From NCBI GenBank assembly GCA_951406725.2, contig OX597833.1, positions 33,976,001 to 34,040,000 on the forward strand: DNA of 64,000 bases, in the 5' to 3' direction. A program made the position numbers and the translations under genes. The notes below the pieces were generated by a model that did not search any database, was not told the DNA's origin, and saw nothing but the letters and a program-made list of their open reading frames with translations. This document shows, piece after piece, positions 54,300 through 64,000 of the stretch (positions within the stretch are counted from its first letter, which is position 1; the number at the start of each line of letters is the position of its first letter). The DNA comes from Octopus vulgaris. Its lineage: Eukaryota.

Positions 54300-54843
54300 G
54301 GCAAGGAAAAATTATAAAAAGGCAGAATGCTAAATTGAAGGTAAATTTTAATGAAAATGGGCGTATAGAAAATTTTGAAAACTTAACAAAATATATATAT
54401 ATATATATTAATTCAAAACGGTTTTCGTCACAATGTGACTTTTCAAGAATTGTAAGGTGAAAAGAAAATTTTTTTTATGATTGAGGAGGGAGAAAAAAGA
54501 AAATTACGTTGTTTTTTCGGTTTTCGTCCCAATGTGACTTTTCAAGAATTGTAAGGTGAAAAGAAAAAAATTTTTATGATTGAGGAGGGGGAAAAAAGAA
54601 AATTACATTGTTTTTTACAAAAAAACAAAAAAAAACAATGTAATATTCTTTTTTTCCCCCTCCTCAATCATAAAATTTTTTTTTCTTTTCACCTTACAAT
54701 TCTTGAAAAGTCACATTGTGACGAAAACCGGTTTGAATTAATATATATATATTTTGTTAATTCTTCAAAATTTTCCATACACCCATTTTCATTAATATTT
54801 ACCTTCAATTTAGCATTCTGCCTTTTTATAATTTTTCCTTGCC
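54300..54843. repeat. Fold-back element with ~100-bp internal tandem duplication
   Basis: GGCAAGGAAAATTATAAAAAGGCAGAATGCTAAATTGAAGG vs CCTTCAATTTAGCATTCTGCCTTTTTATAATTTTTCCTTGCC. 54419-54515 is repeated at 54518-54615. Confidence 0.92.
54698..54739 (+). ncRNA. Minimal HHR, U3:A8 variant; copies at 54410-54451 (-) and 54518-54550 (-, partial)
   Basis: AATTC-TTGAAAA-GTCAC ATT GTGAC-GAAA-ACCGGT-TT-GAATT. Perfect 5-bp stems I and II, palindromic stem III. Confidence 0.82.
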
Positions 54844-55027
54844 TATCATTTCTCCACGTGCGGTCAACACAACCCCACCATTTATTGATTTATATATATA
54901 TACATACATACATACATACATACATACATACATACATACATACATGCATACATACATATACATATACATACATATATATATATATACATATACAATATAC
55001 ATATACATATCTATATATACACACACA

Positions 55028-55067
<40 letters not shown>

Positions 55068-55092
55068 TTAAAAATGGGGTAGGCTGGTTTAT

Positions 55093-55153
55093 GGGATTGC
55101 CTTAGGTTTCCCGTCCATAAGCGGTTTAGCTTTATGGCGTATCGTCAGATCCT
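55093..55153 (-). ncRNA. HHR motif downstream of a PLE endonuclease fragment (U16.1 mutated to C)
   Basis: Minus strand GGAT-CTGACGA-..CCATAAAGC TAAACC GCTTATGG..-GAAA-CCTAAGG-CA-ATCC. Confidence 0.68.
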
Positions 55154-55241
55154 AAAACCCTGTTGGCTCATGACCTCTTAAAAATATGGAGGGGGAAATG
55201 CCTTACAACTAAAAGGTAACAATGGGGAATATGTCCCTTTG

Positions 55242-55622
55242 TTATTGGCTATCGACTTCCGGCTGTCCGCCATCTTGGGGGCTCCAGAAATCTAGCAGGA
55301 ACCTCCTAAAATGTAAACATGGCCCGAAAATCTCAGTTCTGGAGTTAAGTATGTTCCCTGGTTCGAGTGAGTCTTTTAGGATTCCCGAGCATTCAGCTAT
55401 GCATAACTTGCAATGCTTCGTTCCTTTGATGTAGGGGCCTGGGTTCTCAAGGATTTTCCATAAGATCGAGTATGGAATCCCATTGTCTGTTAATTGCCAG
55501 GTGTGACTGGCCATTGATGATACGTATCTCCTTTCTAGAACTCTGAAGGAGTACCTGTGGTTAGAGAGATTTGCATCTCCATGGACGTGTGTTTTCGGTG
55601 CTTTGTTTGATATTTCAAGCAT
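55242..55622 (-). mobile_element. PLE GIY-YIG C-terminal fragment
   Basis: NHRYSF..SSMASHTWQL..YSILWKIL..CKLCIAE..LNSRTEIFGPCLH. Confidence 0.8.
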
Positions 55623-55799
55623 GTTTTATTTTTTTACCGCAGCAACCTTTATAGACCTACTTTATTCCAACAGAATACTGTGAGTACTTTGCTTTTGGTC
55701 AAATCAATATTAACATGTTACTTGCAACGCACGACACGAAAAATAAATTTATCTGTTTACCGTCGTCTTATTCCTTAATTGACTGAATGATATTGTCAT

Positions 55800-57040
55800 A
55801 TTTCATTGATGACCCGACTAAAAAACAACTGCTTTCGCACACAACCACTATCATCTTATTTTGGGGGTCACTCCCGTCATAACGATGTTCTGGACTTCAT
55901 TTTCTTCCACGTGCCTTATTTTTCGACGTTTTTTCTTTTCTTTTTTCTTTTTTAGCTAAAAGAAGTATAGAAATGTCATTCAGCTATCAGTTATTTCTTC
56001 TTTCGTGTCGATCCCGCATGGAACGGTTTCTCGTTGGCGCCTAAATTTGTCTTGTTCCCGCTCCGTTGTCAACATTTTATCAGACATATTCTACAGTTCA
56101 AGTATTAGAATGAATCTTTCATCCTTACCAGTGTTTAACGGAGATATTAAATTGTGGTTTTCACTAGTAGAATCTTACTTTATAGCCAGTAATATTCAAT
56201 CGAGTCAGCAGCGACTTCATATTTGTGCAATTCTTTCTTCCCTAGCCGTGCACATAAAGGATCTCATTACAAACACACCACAGGACGCCACTTACGATTC
56301 CATCAAACAAGAAGTAATTCGTAGGACTTCAACATCTGCATAGTAATAGTTTGAGACCCTACTTAACAACGAACATTTGAATGGTTGACGTCCGTCTGAG
56401 TTCCTTCGTAGAATTCGTTATTTGACTGAGGTTTCCCAAAAAGAGCGTTCTCTTCTCAAACAACTTTTCTCCTCCTGCCTCCCACGTAATGTTCAGTCGA
56501 TTTTGGTGCCCATGATAGAGGTCATCTCGACAGACCAAATAGCTCCTTCTGCCGACAAAATTATGGAATTTTCTGACAGTGCAACTGTGGACAACAACGT
56601 GGTCGCTGCGACTTCTTTTCCTTCTTCTTCGGTTGACAGGAATTCCACACAGGCAGCAACTCTCCAAGCTATTTTGGAATTGACACAGGAAGTTAAAAGA
56701 TTATGTTCTACCCAGAAATTTCACTGCCGCAGGTCCTCCAGCCGTTTTTTGGTGCCCATGATAGAGGTCATCTCGACAGACCAAATAGCTTCTTCTGCCG
56801 ACAAAATTATAGAATTTTCTGACAGTGCAACTGTGGACAACAACGTGGTCGCTGCGACTTCTTTTCCTTCTTCTTCGGTTGACAGGAATTCCACACATGC
56901 AGCAACTCCCCAAGCTATTTTGGAATTGACACAGGAAGTTAAAAGATTATGTTCTACCCAGAAATTTCACTGCCGCAGGTCCTCCAGCCGTTTTTTGCCT
57001 AGACAATGTTCGTTTCCTCCCGCCTCCTTATTGTTGTGAT
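55800..57040 (+). mobile_element. Gypsy gag remnant with a 246-bp in-frame tandem duplication (56501-56746 / 56747-56992)
   Basis: LPVFNGDIKLWFSLVESYF..YDSIKQEVIRR..PSEFLRR..LPRNVQSIL, similar to the gag at 1711-2477. Confidence 0.8.
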
Positions 57041-57417
57041 GAAGTTTCCTAGTGACCCTACAAACATAAATTACATAACTAAAACTGTATTCCAAGTATG
57101 ACTCTTCTAATATTGGTTTCAAATTTTGGCACATGGCCAGCAATTTCTGGAGGTGGTTAAATCAATTACATTGATCCCAATGTTCAATTCATACTTATTT
57201 TATCAAGCCCAAAAGGATAAAAGCAAAGTCGACCATAGCAGAATTTGAACTCAGAACATAAAGATAGATGAAAGCATTTTGTCCAGTGTACTAAGAATTC
57301 TACCAGCTCACCACCTTTGGCTCTTCCAATGTTACAAGTAAATACACTTCACAGACAACCAGTTGATTGACAAAGATCTACACAACACACTACAACCTCT
57401 GACAGACAAACACAATG

Positions 57418-57477
<60 letters not shown>

Positions 57478-57869
57478 ATCACTACTACACTTACATATAA
57501 TACTCTCAACTAGCTAATTGCATACCACCTCCTTCCGAGCCAATCCAATACACACATCTCTCTCCCTCTTGTTTTCCCATTCTCTCACCTTAAACCTGGC
57601 TTCCAAAGCTTCAGGCTCACATTTTTTTTTACCAATACTTTTCTCTTTAGAATTCCCTTCCAGATCACATTTTCTTGCTTATCTTGTTTTACAAGAATGA
57701 CAAATGCGTCATTTTTATCAACATGGGAGACCTTGGGTTTTTCATTTCCCTATTTCACCAGTCTGGGAGGATTTGTATGGGACATGAGCATCATCCATCG
57801 TTTTGACTGAACTAAGAAAAAAAATTAACTGAAAATTTTTGAGAAATTGTATGTTTAGTATCTTCTTTT

Positions 57870-58205
57870 ATTTTCTATTTGCTTCACTCATTAGACTGGG
57901 GACACCGCCTTGAATTTTTAGTCAAGCAAATCAACCCCAGTACTTTTTCTTTAAGCCTGCTGAACTGCTAAGTTACAGGGACGCAAACATACCAATACCA
58001 GTTGTCCAGCAATGAGTTGGAGAAACAAACACAGATGCAAACACACACATATAAATATATACAATGGGCTTCTATCAGTTTCTGTCATCCACATCCACTG
58101 ACAAGACTTTGGTTGACCTGAGATTATAGTAGAAAGCACTTGCCCAAGGTGCCATACAGTGGGACTGAACCCAGGACCATGTGGTTGGGAAGCAAGCCTG
58201 CACCT
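57870..58205 (-). mobile_element. tRNA-derived SINE (older copy)
   Basis: Reverse complement of the 53503-53925 family. Confidence 0.75.
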
Positions 58206-60463
58206 GTAAAAATACTTTTCCAGGTAATAAGTCACTGCAACAACATTAAGGATACCAGTCGGTATCGCTACATTAATCTTGCATGTGTGATCTTCCCATC
58301 TTTCGAGTTGTTTTCTTTTAATTTATTTGTGAGAGCGTTAAACAATTTTAAGTTCTTTTAAATCTCTGGTCCTTTATTTCTTTGCGAAGTTTAATTTCAT
58401 AATGTAACGAGGGCCAAAAGTCAAGAAGTATAAAAATCCAACGAAAGCTAAAGCCACCAGATTATGTCCACAGATCGCAATATGTAGTCAGACTTTGTAA
58501 CTTTTGTTTTAGCCTGTATTTTATACTACAGTCCAGTTATTTAATTCTCTATCAAATTCTATTTTGTGACGATAAAAATTGCAAGGGACACGACTCTGTA
58601 TAATTTATTAAGCTGTGCAGTCTCAATGACTAATTATGTAAAGTTATCTCCCTTGTATACACATTGCCCGACTATTGTTAGGTTTCGTACTGATTTACAT
58701 CAAATTAGTCAAACGTTATTTTGACAAGTTCAACTACTTGAATATTGATTTCTGATATATGTGAGCCGAATTAAGACTTGCTTATATTGAGTTTTTTCTA
58801 GAAAGAGAGACTTTATATTTATGTCAAGTATGATAATAAAGGAGATAACAATTGATAGAATTAGTTTTGGTAGAAATCTCCTTCAAATCACACCCCACCA
58901 TTCAAAAAAAAAAAGTAGGAACGCATTGAACAATGTAATCCTAAGTAAATAAATAAAAATGGGATGGTCATGACTGGAATAGCTTTGATCAAAGGGTTGA
59001 TTGCGGCTCCTACGTCTTTAAGACTATTAATTGCATAATGGAAGAATGATTCCAACTAAGTTTTTTTTTTTTTTTCTTTCTGCTAGAAAGAAAGTGCTTT
59101 TGTTGAGTATTATAATAAAAGAGATAATGTAATTAGCCGTTACACTGTCACTGCTTGACTTGATAGAATTAAAAGTCAAATCTCCTTCAAATCATACCCC
59201 AACCATTTAAAAAGAAAGGATTTACTGTTGATCTACTGCGTACCACCAAACCAGTGTGAACAACTGATACCATGATTCACTTTAACTTTTCTGTTTTTTT
59301 TACAAATATAATTTCTTTTATCTAAATTATACTTTTCTTTTTTGCGCAAATAAATGTGCTTTGGTGGGGGTCAGAAATAAAAAAAAACATACTGCAATGG
59401 CTTCGGATTGAAGAGTGGACAAGCATATCAGTTCTAGGCTATATGAAACGTGAAAGTAAAATGTGAGAGAAATGAAACTAAAGTGCTGGATATTATGATT
59501 ATAAAATACAAAAAAAAAGGACAGTACCAATAAACCCACACTTCTAATGTCTGCAAATGAATTATTCAATGCAGCAGATATAGCAACTGAAGTGCATCTT
59601 TTCAAAATACCATTTCTAATAACAAATACAACAGGAAAAGTTGTTTTATGGCTATTACTGGAAGAAAAACTAACCAATGTGGTTATATGTGATTGCAGAA
59701 ACAATGCTGCCACCTTGTGAAGTGGGCCTCAGCAATCGATGAAAAGAAATGGCCATATTGGTGTGAGGAAAAAAAGTCATCTCTGCTTACTAACAGTTAA
59801 TCAACTGATGTATCTATGGATAAAATATCTATATTTTAAAGAACATGAAGTATTGGAATTATATTTATATCTTTATAGCTCTACTATTGACATTTTTTTC
59901 TTTTTGAGAAATTTCACTAAAAGACTTGAGTCATCACAAAAGAGAATTTACAGAATTTTCATTTTTTTCTTTTTTTTCTAATAAATATTATCATAGCACA
60001 ACAAGATATCAGAAAGTGATTAGGTTGGACTTCATTCTAAACTAGACATTATTTAAGTTGAGTAATAATCCCATTGATATAGTATATATGTACAATAAAA
60101 AAAAATCAAGCATTCCCAAAAACAAAGACAATAATGAAAATTTTAAAATTTCTTAGAAAAATCAAACACCAAAACATGATTCCAATTTCGGATAATTTTA
60201 ATTTACATTATCCTTTTTGGAACACCAACCTTAAAAATAAAGCAGCATAAGAGATGGAGAATAGTTCCTGAAGACTATGAATAAAGATAACTTTATTTTA
60301 CATACAGTACCAAACTTTCCACTTTATAGGTATTTTAATTATAGTCCCTCAGCAAAAAATCATTTGTGGTTTTCCTTATCAGCTTTGCTTTAACTACAGA
60401 ACAGGAAATTAGACAATAATAAACATCTAAGATCGGATCATGTACCAGTACCTTTATAATTCA

Positions 60464-60973
60464 CTAGCAGTATCGCCCGGCGTTGCTCGGATTTGTAAGG
60501 GAAATAACTATATAAGCATTTTTAGAGAGTTACTTCCCTTATAGATGCCAATTCGGGCTTTCTTAGCCATTTCTGTTTTGGTGTCTTCAAGCCATGAAGT
60601 TGTTCTAAAAGAACGCTGGTCTCCTTGACAACGCTTTACAACGTTGATTTCCTTACACTCCCTTCCCCACAGCTTCACGAGGGAGGGAAGAAGGGGGAGA
60701 AGCAAACAGGTGCAGGTGTGACCATGGACGCCAACTCCGCCGCCATCGACACACGAAAAATTATGCATTAAAATGGAATAAAAAATGATGTTAAATTATT
60801 TTTAAAATCGTAGATTCATCGTAGACGCGCGCTAATACCCAGACGGGCTCGATATGAATCACGACTATAAGATACCTGAATTTGGTTAAACTGCACCGCA
60901 AAATGTGGGAGTAGTTACGAATCTAAATCGAAGGGGACAGACACTCACACAACTACAGTTTTATATATAGAGA
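60464..60973 (-). mobile_element. Non-autonomous Helitron
   Basis: Minus strand begins 5'-TCTCTATATATAAAA and ends with hairpin CCGAGCAACGCCGGG then CTAG-3'. Inserted between A and T with no TSD. Confidence 0.82.
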
Positions 60974-62031
60974 TTTAAAAAGAAACAACACCAATAACAG
61001 TCACTCAAATTAATCACAGAAGAAAGTAAATAAATAAATAGCAATTTTACATGACAAGCTGGACAGAATGTATTAAGTATTTAGAAGTACAGCTATCACC
61101 TTGTAACAATCTTAACAAAATCCAGTCAGCCGAAAAACTGGAAATATGTCTACAAATATTTATTGACAAAATTCTTAACTCTATAACTGAAAAAGTTCCT
61201 ATTTCAATCTAGATAAAAACACTGATAATGATAAAGATGATAACTATGATAAGGCATGGGGGAACCAAGAATTAAAACAACCAGGAAAAAAGATGATCCG
61301 ATCATTGGAAAGAAAAATGAAATATCATCATACAGTTTCTAACTATGAAAAATATAAAGGATATTTTTAAAAGTTTAAAAGGCAAATAAAACAGGTCAAA
61401 AAGTTTGACTTGTTTTATACGTATGATTCATCCATCAGACCAAAATCTCCAAAAGCAAATGAACCACAATACAGAGACAATCTCAAATATTCACAGAATT
61501 CTTTTATTAATTTCATTTAACAGACAAATCATTAGAAACTGAGAACCTATTCCCCTCAATCTAAATGTGGATTTTTCTCTTATTATGAAACAAGTTATTT
61601 TCAGCTGAAGAGGAGTCAAAAAGGAACGGTTACAGGTACAGATGAAGTAATTATTTTAATCAATGAAATATGGATTGTAGAACGAAAAATAGAATTAGAT
61701 TTATTTTATACTTAAATTATATCTAGGTATGTGGTAATTATTTTCTCGTGCCTTAACAATAGCTAAACCAAATAAACAAAAAACATTTTCTACAGAACAT
61801 AACTCTCACTTAGCATTGAATCGATATTTCAAAATTACCTTGGTCAGCAAAAACAATGTTGAAACTGTATCTAAGGGAGATAACTCTTATTGAAAGTAAT
61901 GTAATTTCTGTTTTTCGTGTGCAAAGATACAGCACAATGGTAACCACTGATTTATATTTGGCCGTACAATAATTCAGGTAATACAGTTCTATATTTAAGA
62001 GATGAGGAATTATGTACATTATTTACATCAT

Positions 62032-62094
62032 TTATGGCGTAGTGGTTAAGAGTACGGGCTACTAACCCCACGATTCCGAGTTCGATTTCAAGCA
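62032..62094 (+). mobile_element. tRNA-like SINE head fragment
   Basis: TGGCGTAGTGGTTAAG (A box) .. GAGTTCGATTTC (B box); no intact acceptor stem. Confidence 0.6.
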
Positions 62095-62402
62095 GTTGTT
62101 GTTAACACAACGTTTTGGTTGATATATCCTCCAGTCTTCATCAGGTGTCTTGCGGAATTTTCGAACCTGGGTTCACATTACTAAGGTATGTTACAATGTT
62201 ATTATTATTATATTATAATAATAACATCGTAAAATTATCGTTAATATTATATAATAATAATAACATCAAAAAATACCTTAGGAATGTGAACCCAGGCTCA
62301 AAATTTCCCCAAGACACCTGATGAAGGCTGGAGGGTATATCAACCGAAACGTTGTGTTAGCAACAACAAGATGAGGACAAATATCCGTCAAATGTAAATA
62401 AT
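62095..62402. repeat. Fold-back element (~100-bp arms, TAT/AAT core)
   Basis: GTTAACACAACG..TTCATCAGGTGTCTTG..CCTGGGTTCACATT vs AATGTGAACCCAGG..CAAGACACCTGATGAA..CGTTGTGTTAGC. Confidence 0.9.
62313..62358 (+). ncRNA. Minimal type I HHR, canonical core
   Basis: GACAC-CTGATGA-A-GGCTG GAGGGTATAT CAACC-GAAA-CG-TT-GTGTT. The mirror copy at 62103-62149 has GAAA mutated to AAAA. Confidence 0.85.
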
Positions 62403-62419
62403 TCGGGTTAACTAGGTTG

Positions 62420-64000
62420 TTCTGGTGCAGTAGTGGGATTTTTTTTTTAATCTTTTGGTCTAATCTCCATCTTCATGATACATGCTTTTTTGACAATCTA
62501 TGTATAAGTTCTAAATTGGTAAATTTGATAGTTACTAGTGATGGTAGTTCAGCATCTCCAAGACTAGTTCAATCTGGTTGATATTTTCTAGCTAAAGGCT
62601 TTTGACAATTTCTCAGGTGCTGGAAACATAACATCCTCGTTTGTTATTTTGAAACCCAAGTAGACTACCTCATGAACCATAAGGCTGAGCTTTTTTTCTT
62701 CTTCTTTAACTTAAGAACCATAGTTTAACAACACATGCAGTATCTCTTCAAGGTTTTTGTTTTCATTATACATATTTATCATTAGTATATCATCAATTCG
62801 AATGCAAACAATACACAGCTGAGTACTCAAAGTTTAAATTTGGATCCAAGCTTTTCGAAATACATTATTACTTCATTGCAATTTGGAAACATTGAAACTT
62901 TGCTAAGCCCTATCTCTTGTGCTCTGAGATTTCAGATATACATAAGAAACAATTATATTTTTTTAAGCTGATATGAATAGGTAGTGATCTTTATCATTTT
63001 ATTCTATTTCCATCTCAACCAGAACCAGAATAACAGAATTAAAATCTTAGTCTGGGAGATGTTTTGATATTAATTTTTGAAAGATGTGTGCAGCACAAAC
63101 ATGAGAAGTTTTTAGTTAGACATTAGATATTGGAAACGGTGAATTGGGTAGACTTTTAAATATGATATCTAAAGTGATATCTACAATTATTTACACACTC
63201 ATCTAGCTGAGGGTCAGGATTCAATATTTTTCCACAACACACTGGAAAATACCCCTTGACTGAATGAACCTGCAAACTGATGGTATTTAGGGCAAGAATG
63301 TCTGTGAAGAGTATTCACTTTTAGCAGCTCTTGAGAGTCCCCAACCAAAAACAATGGCTGATAATGAATTATTGATAGCCTGAACCATTGATAGTCTGCT
63401 TATAGCTCATACAGATTCTTATTGTCTTATTATCTTTTAAAAAAAATAACCAGAAAAGTATATTTAAATCTACTGGCTGATCAATACCTTCACCTACCAA
63501 TTTATAAAGCTCAACAATTCTTTCTTTTAACACATGTAAAAAAGTTTAGCTTTGAAAAGCTAACGCTTTGGCACAGCTTTACAGTTGACTTTGATGAGAA
63601 CCTTGATGAGGCTGTGGAACAAATTGTTAAGTGGGAGCTTTACAAAATTAAGAAATATGGCACTTTTGAATCTTCAATATCATTAGTAGCAAAAAAAAAA
63701 GGACCTTAGTTTGACCATTCTTTATTTTCCAACCAAAAGTGGCCACATCTGGAGGGTAATATCCTGAAATACCTGTGATTAAATTTCAGGCAAACCAGCC
63801 TGTCTGTTGGCAGAATTGATTCTGATGTATTCGTGAGGTAAATACTTTACTTTATTACCAATATAATAATCATAGACTGAAGGCACAACCTTAGAGTCAT
63901 AAACATGCTTTTCTCTTTTTCCAACTTCAAACCACAGTCGGATAGCCTATGCAGAACCTCTTCAAGATTTTTCTTTATTTTATGCTCTTCATTTTATTTT
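62420..64000 (-). mobile_element. Highly decayed Gypsy RT remnants
   Basis: Minus-strand fragments IRIDDIL..KNLEEILHVL..EVVYLGFKI (62600-62810) and KNLEEVLHRLSDCGLKLEKEK (63900-63990). Confidence 0.55.

Noticed and set aside
59330-59780. Possible hAT transposase remnant (NNAATL-like motif)
   Set aside because: Similarity too weak and no TIRs seen.
62032-62094. Possible tRNA gene
   Set aside because: A and B boxes are present but there is no complete cloverleaf or acceptor stem. Better explained as a SINE head.
63422-63709. 95-aa plus-strand ORF
   Set aside because: No ATG start, splice support or domain. The opposite strand resembles decayed Gypsy pol.

Overview
AT-rich, microsatellite-dense eukaryotic DNA. 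The SINE families and repeat landscape look cephalopod (Octopus-like), which is an inference. The + strand carries the 3' part of a multi-exon VWD/C8/TIL/EGF gene (zonadhesin/FCGBP/tectorin-like): 8 exons from 8948 to 32109 with consistent splice phases, ending in a 19-nt terminal coding exon. The rest is mostly transposable elements: two LTR-bounded defective Gypsy elements plus Gypsy remnants, at least five Penelope-like element (PLE) copies of two clades, three mariner derivatives, RTE/CR1 LINE fragments, tRNA-derived SINEs and a non-autonomous Helitron. The main unexplained signal is about ten long fold-back (palindromic) elements inserted in or next to (TA)n tracts. Most of them, and the PLE 3' ends, contain type I hammerhead ribozyme (HHR) motifs with short palindromic stem III, about 20 copies from roughly a dozen unrelated families. 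Several families show compensatory swaps of the catalytic C3:G8 pair (U3:A8 in three families, G3:C8 in one), and one locus has tandem HHRs exactly 365 nt apart, a retrozyme/circRNA-like architecture. All folds were read by eye; none was computed or tested.
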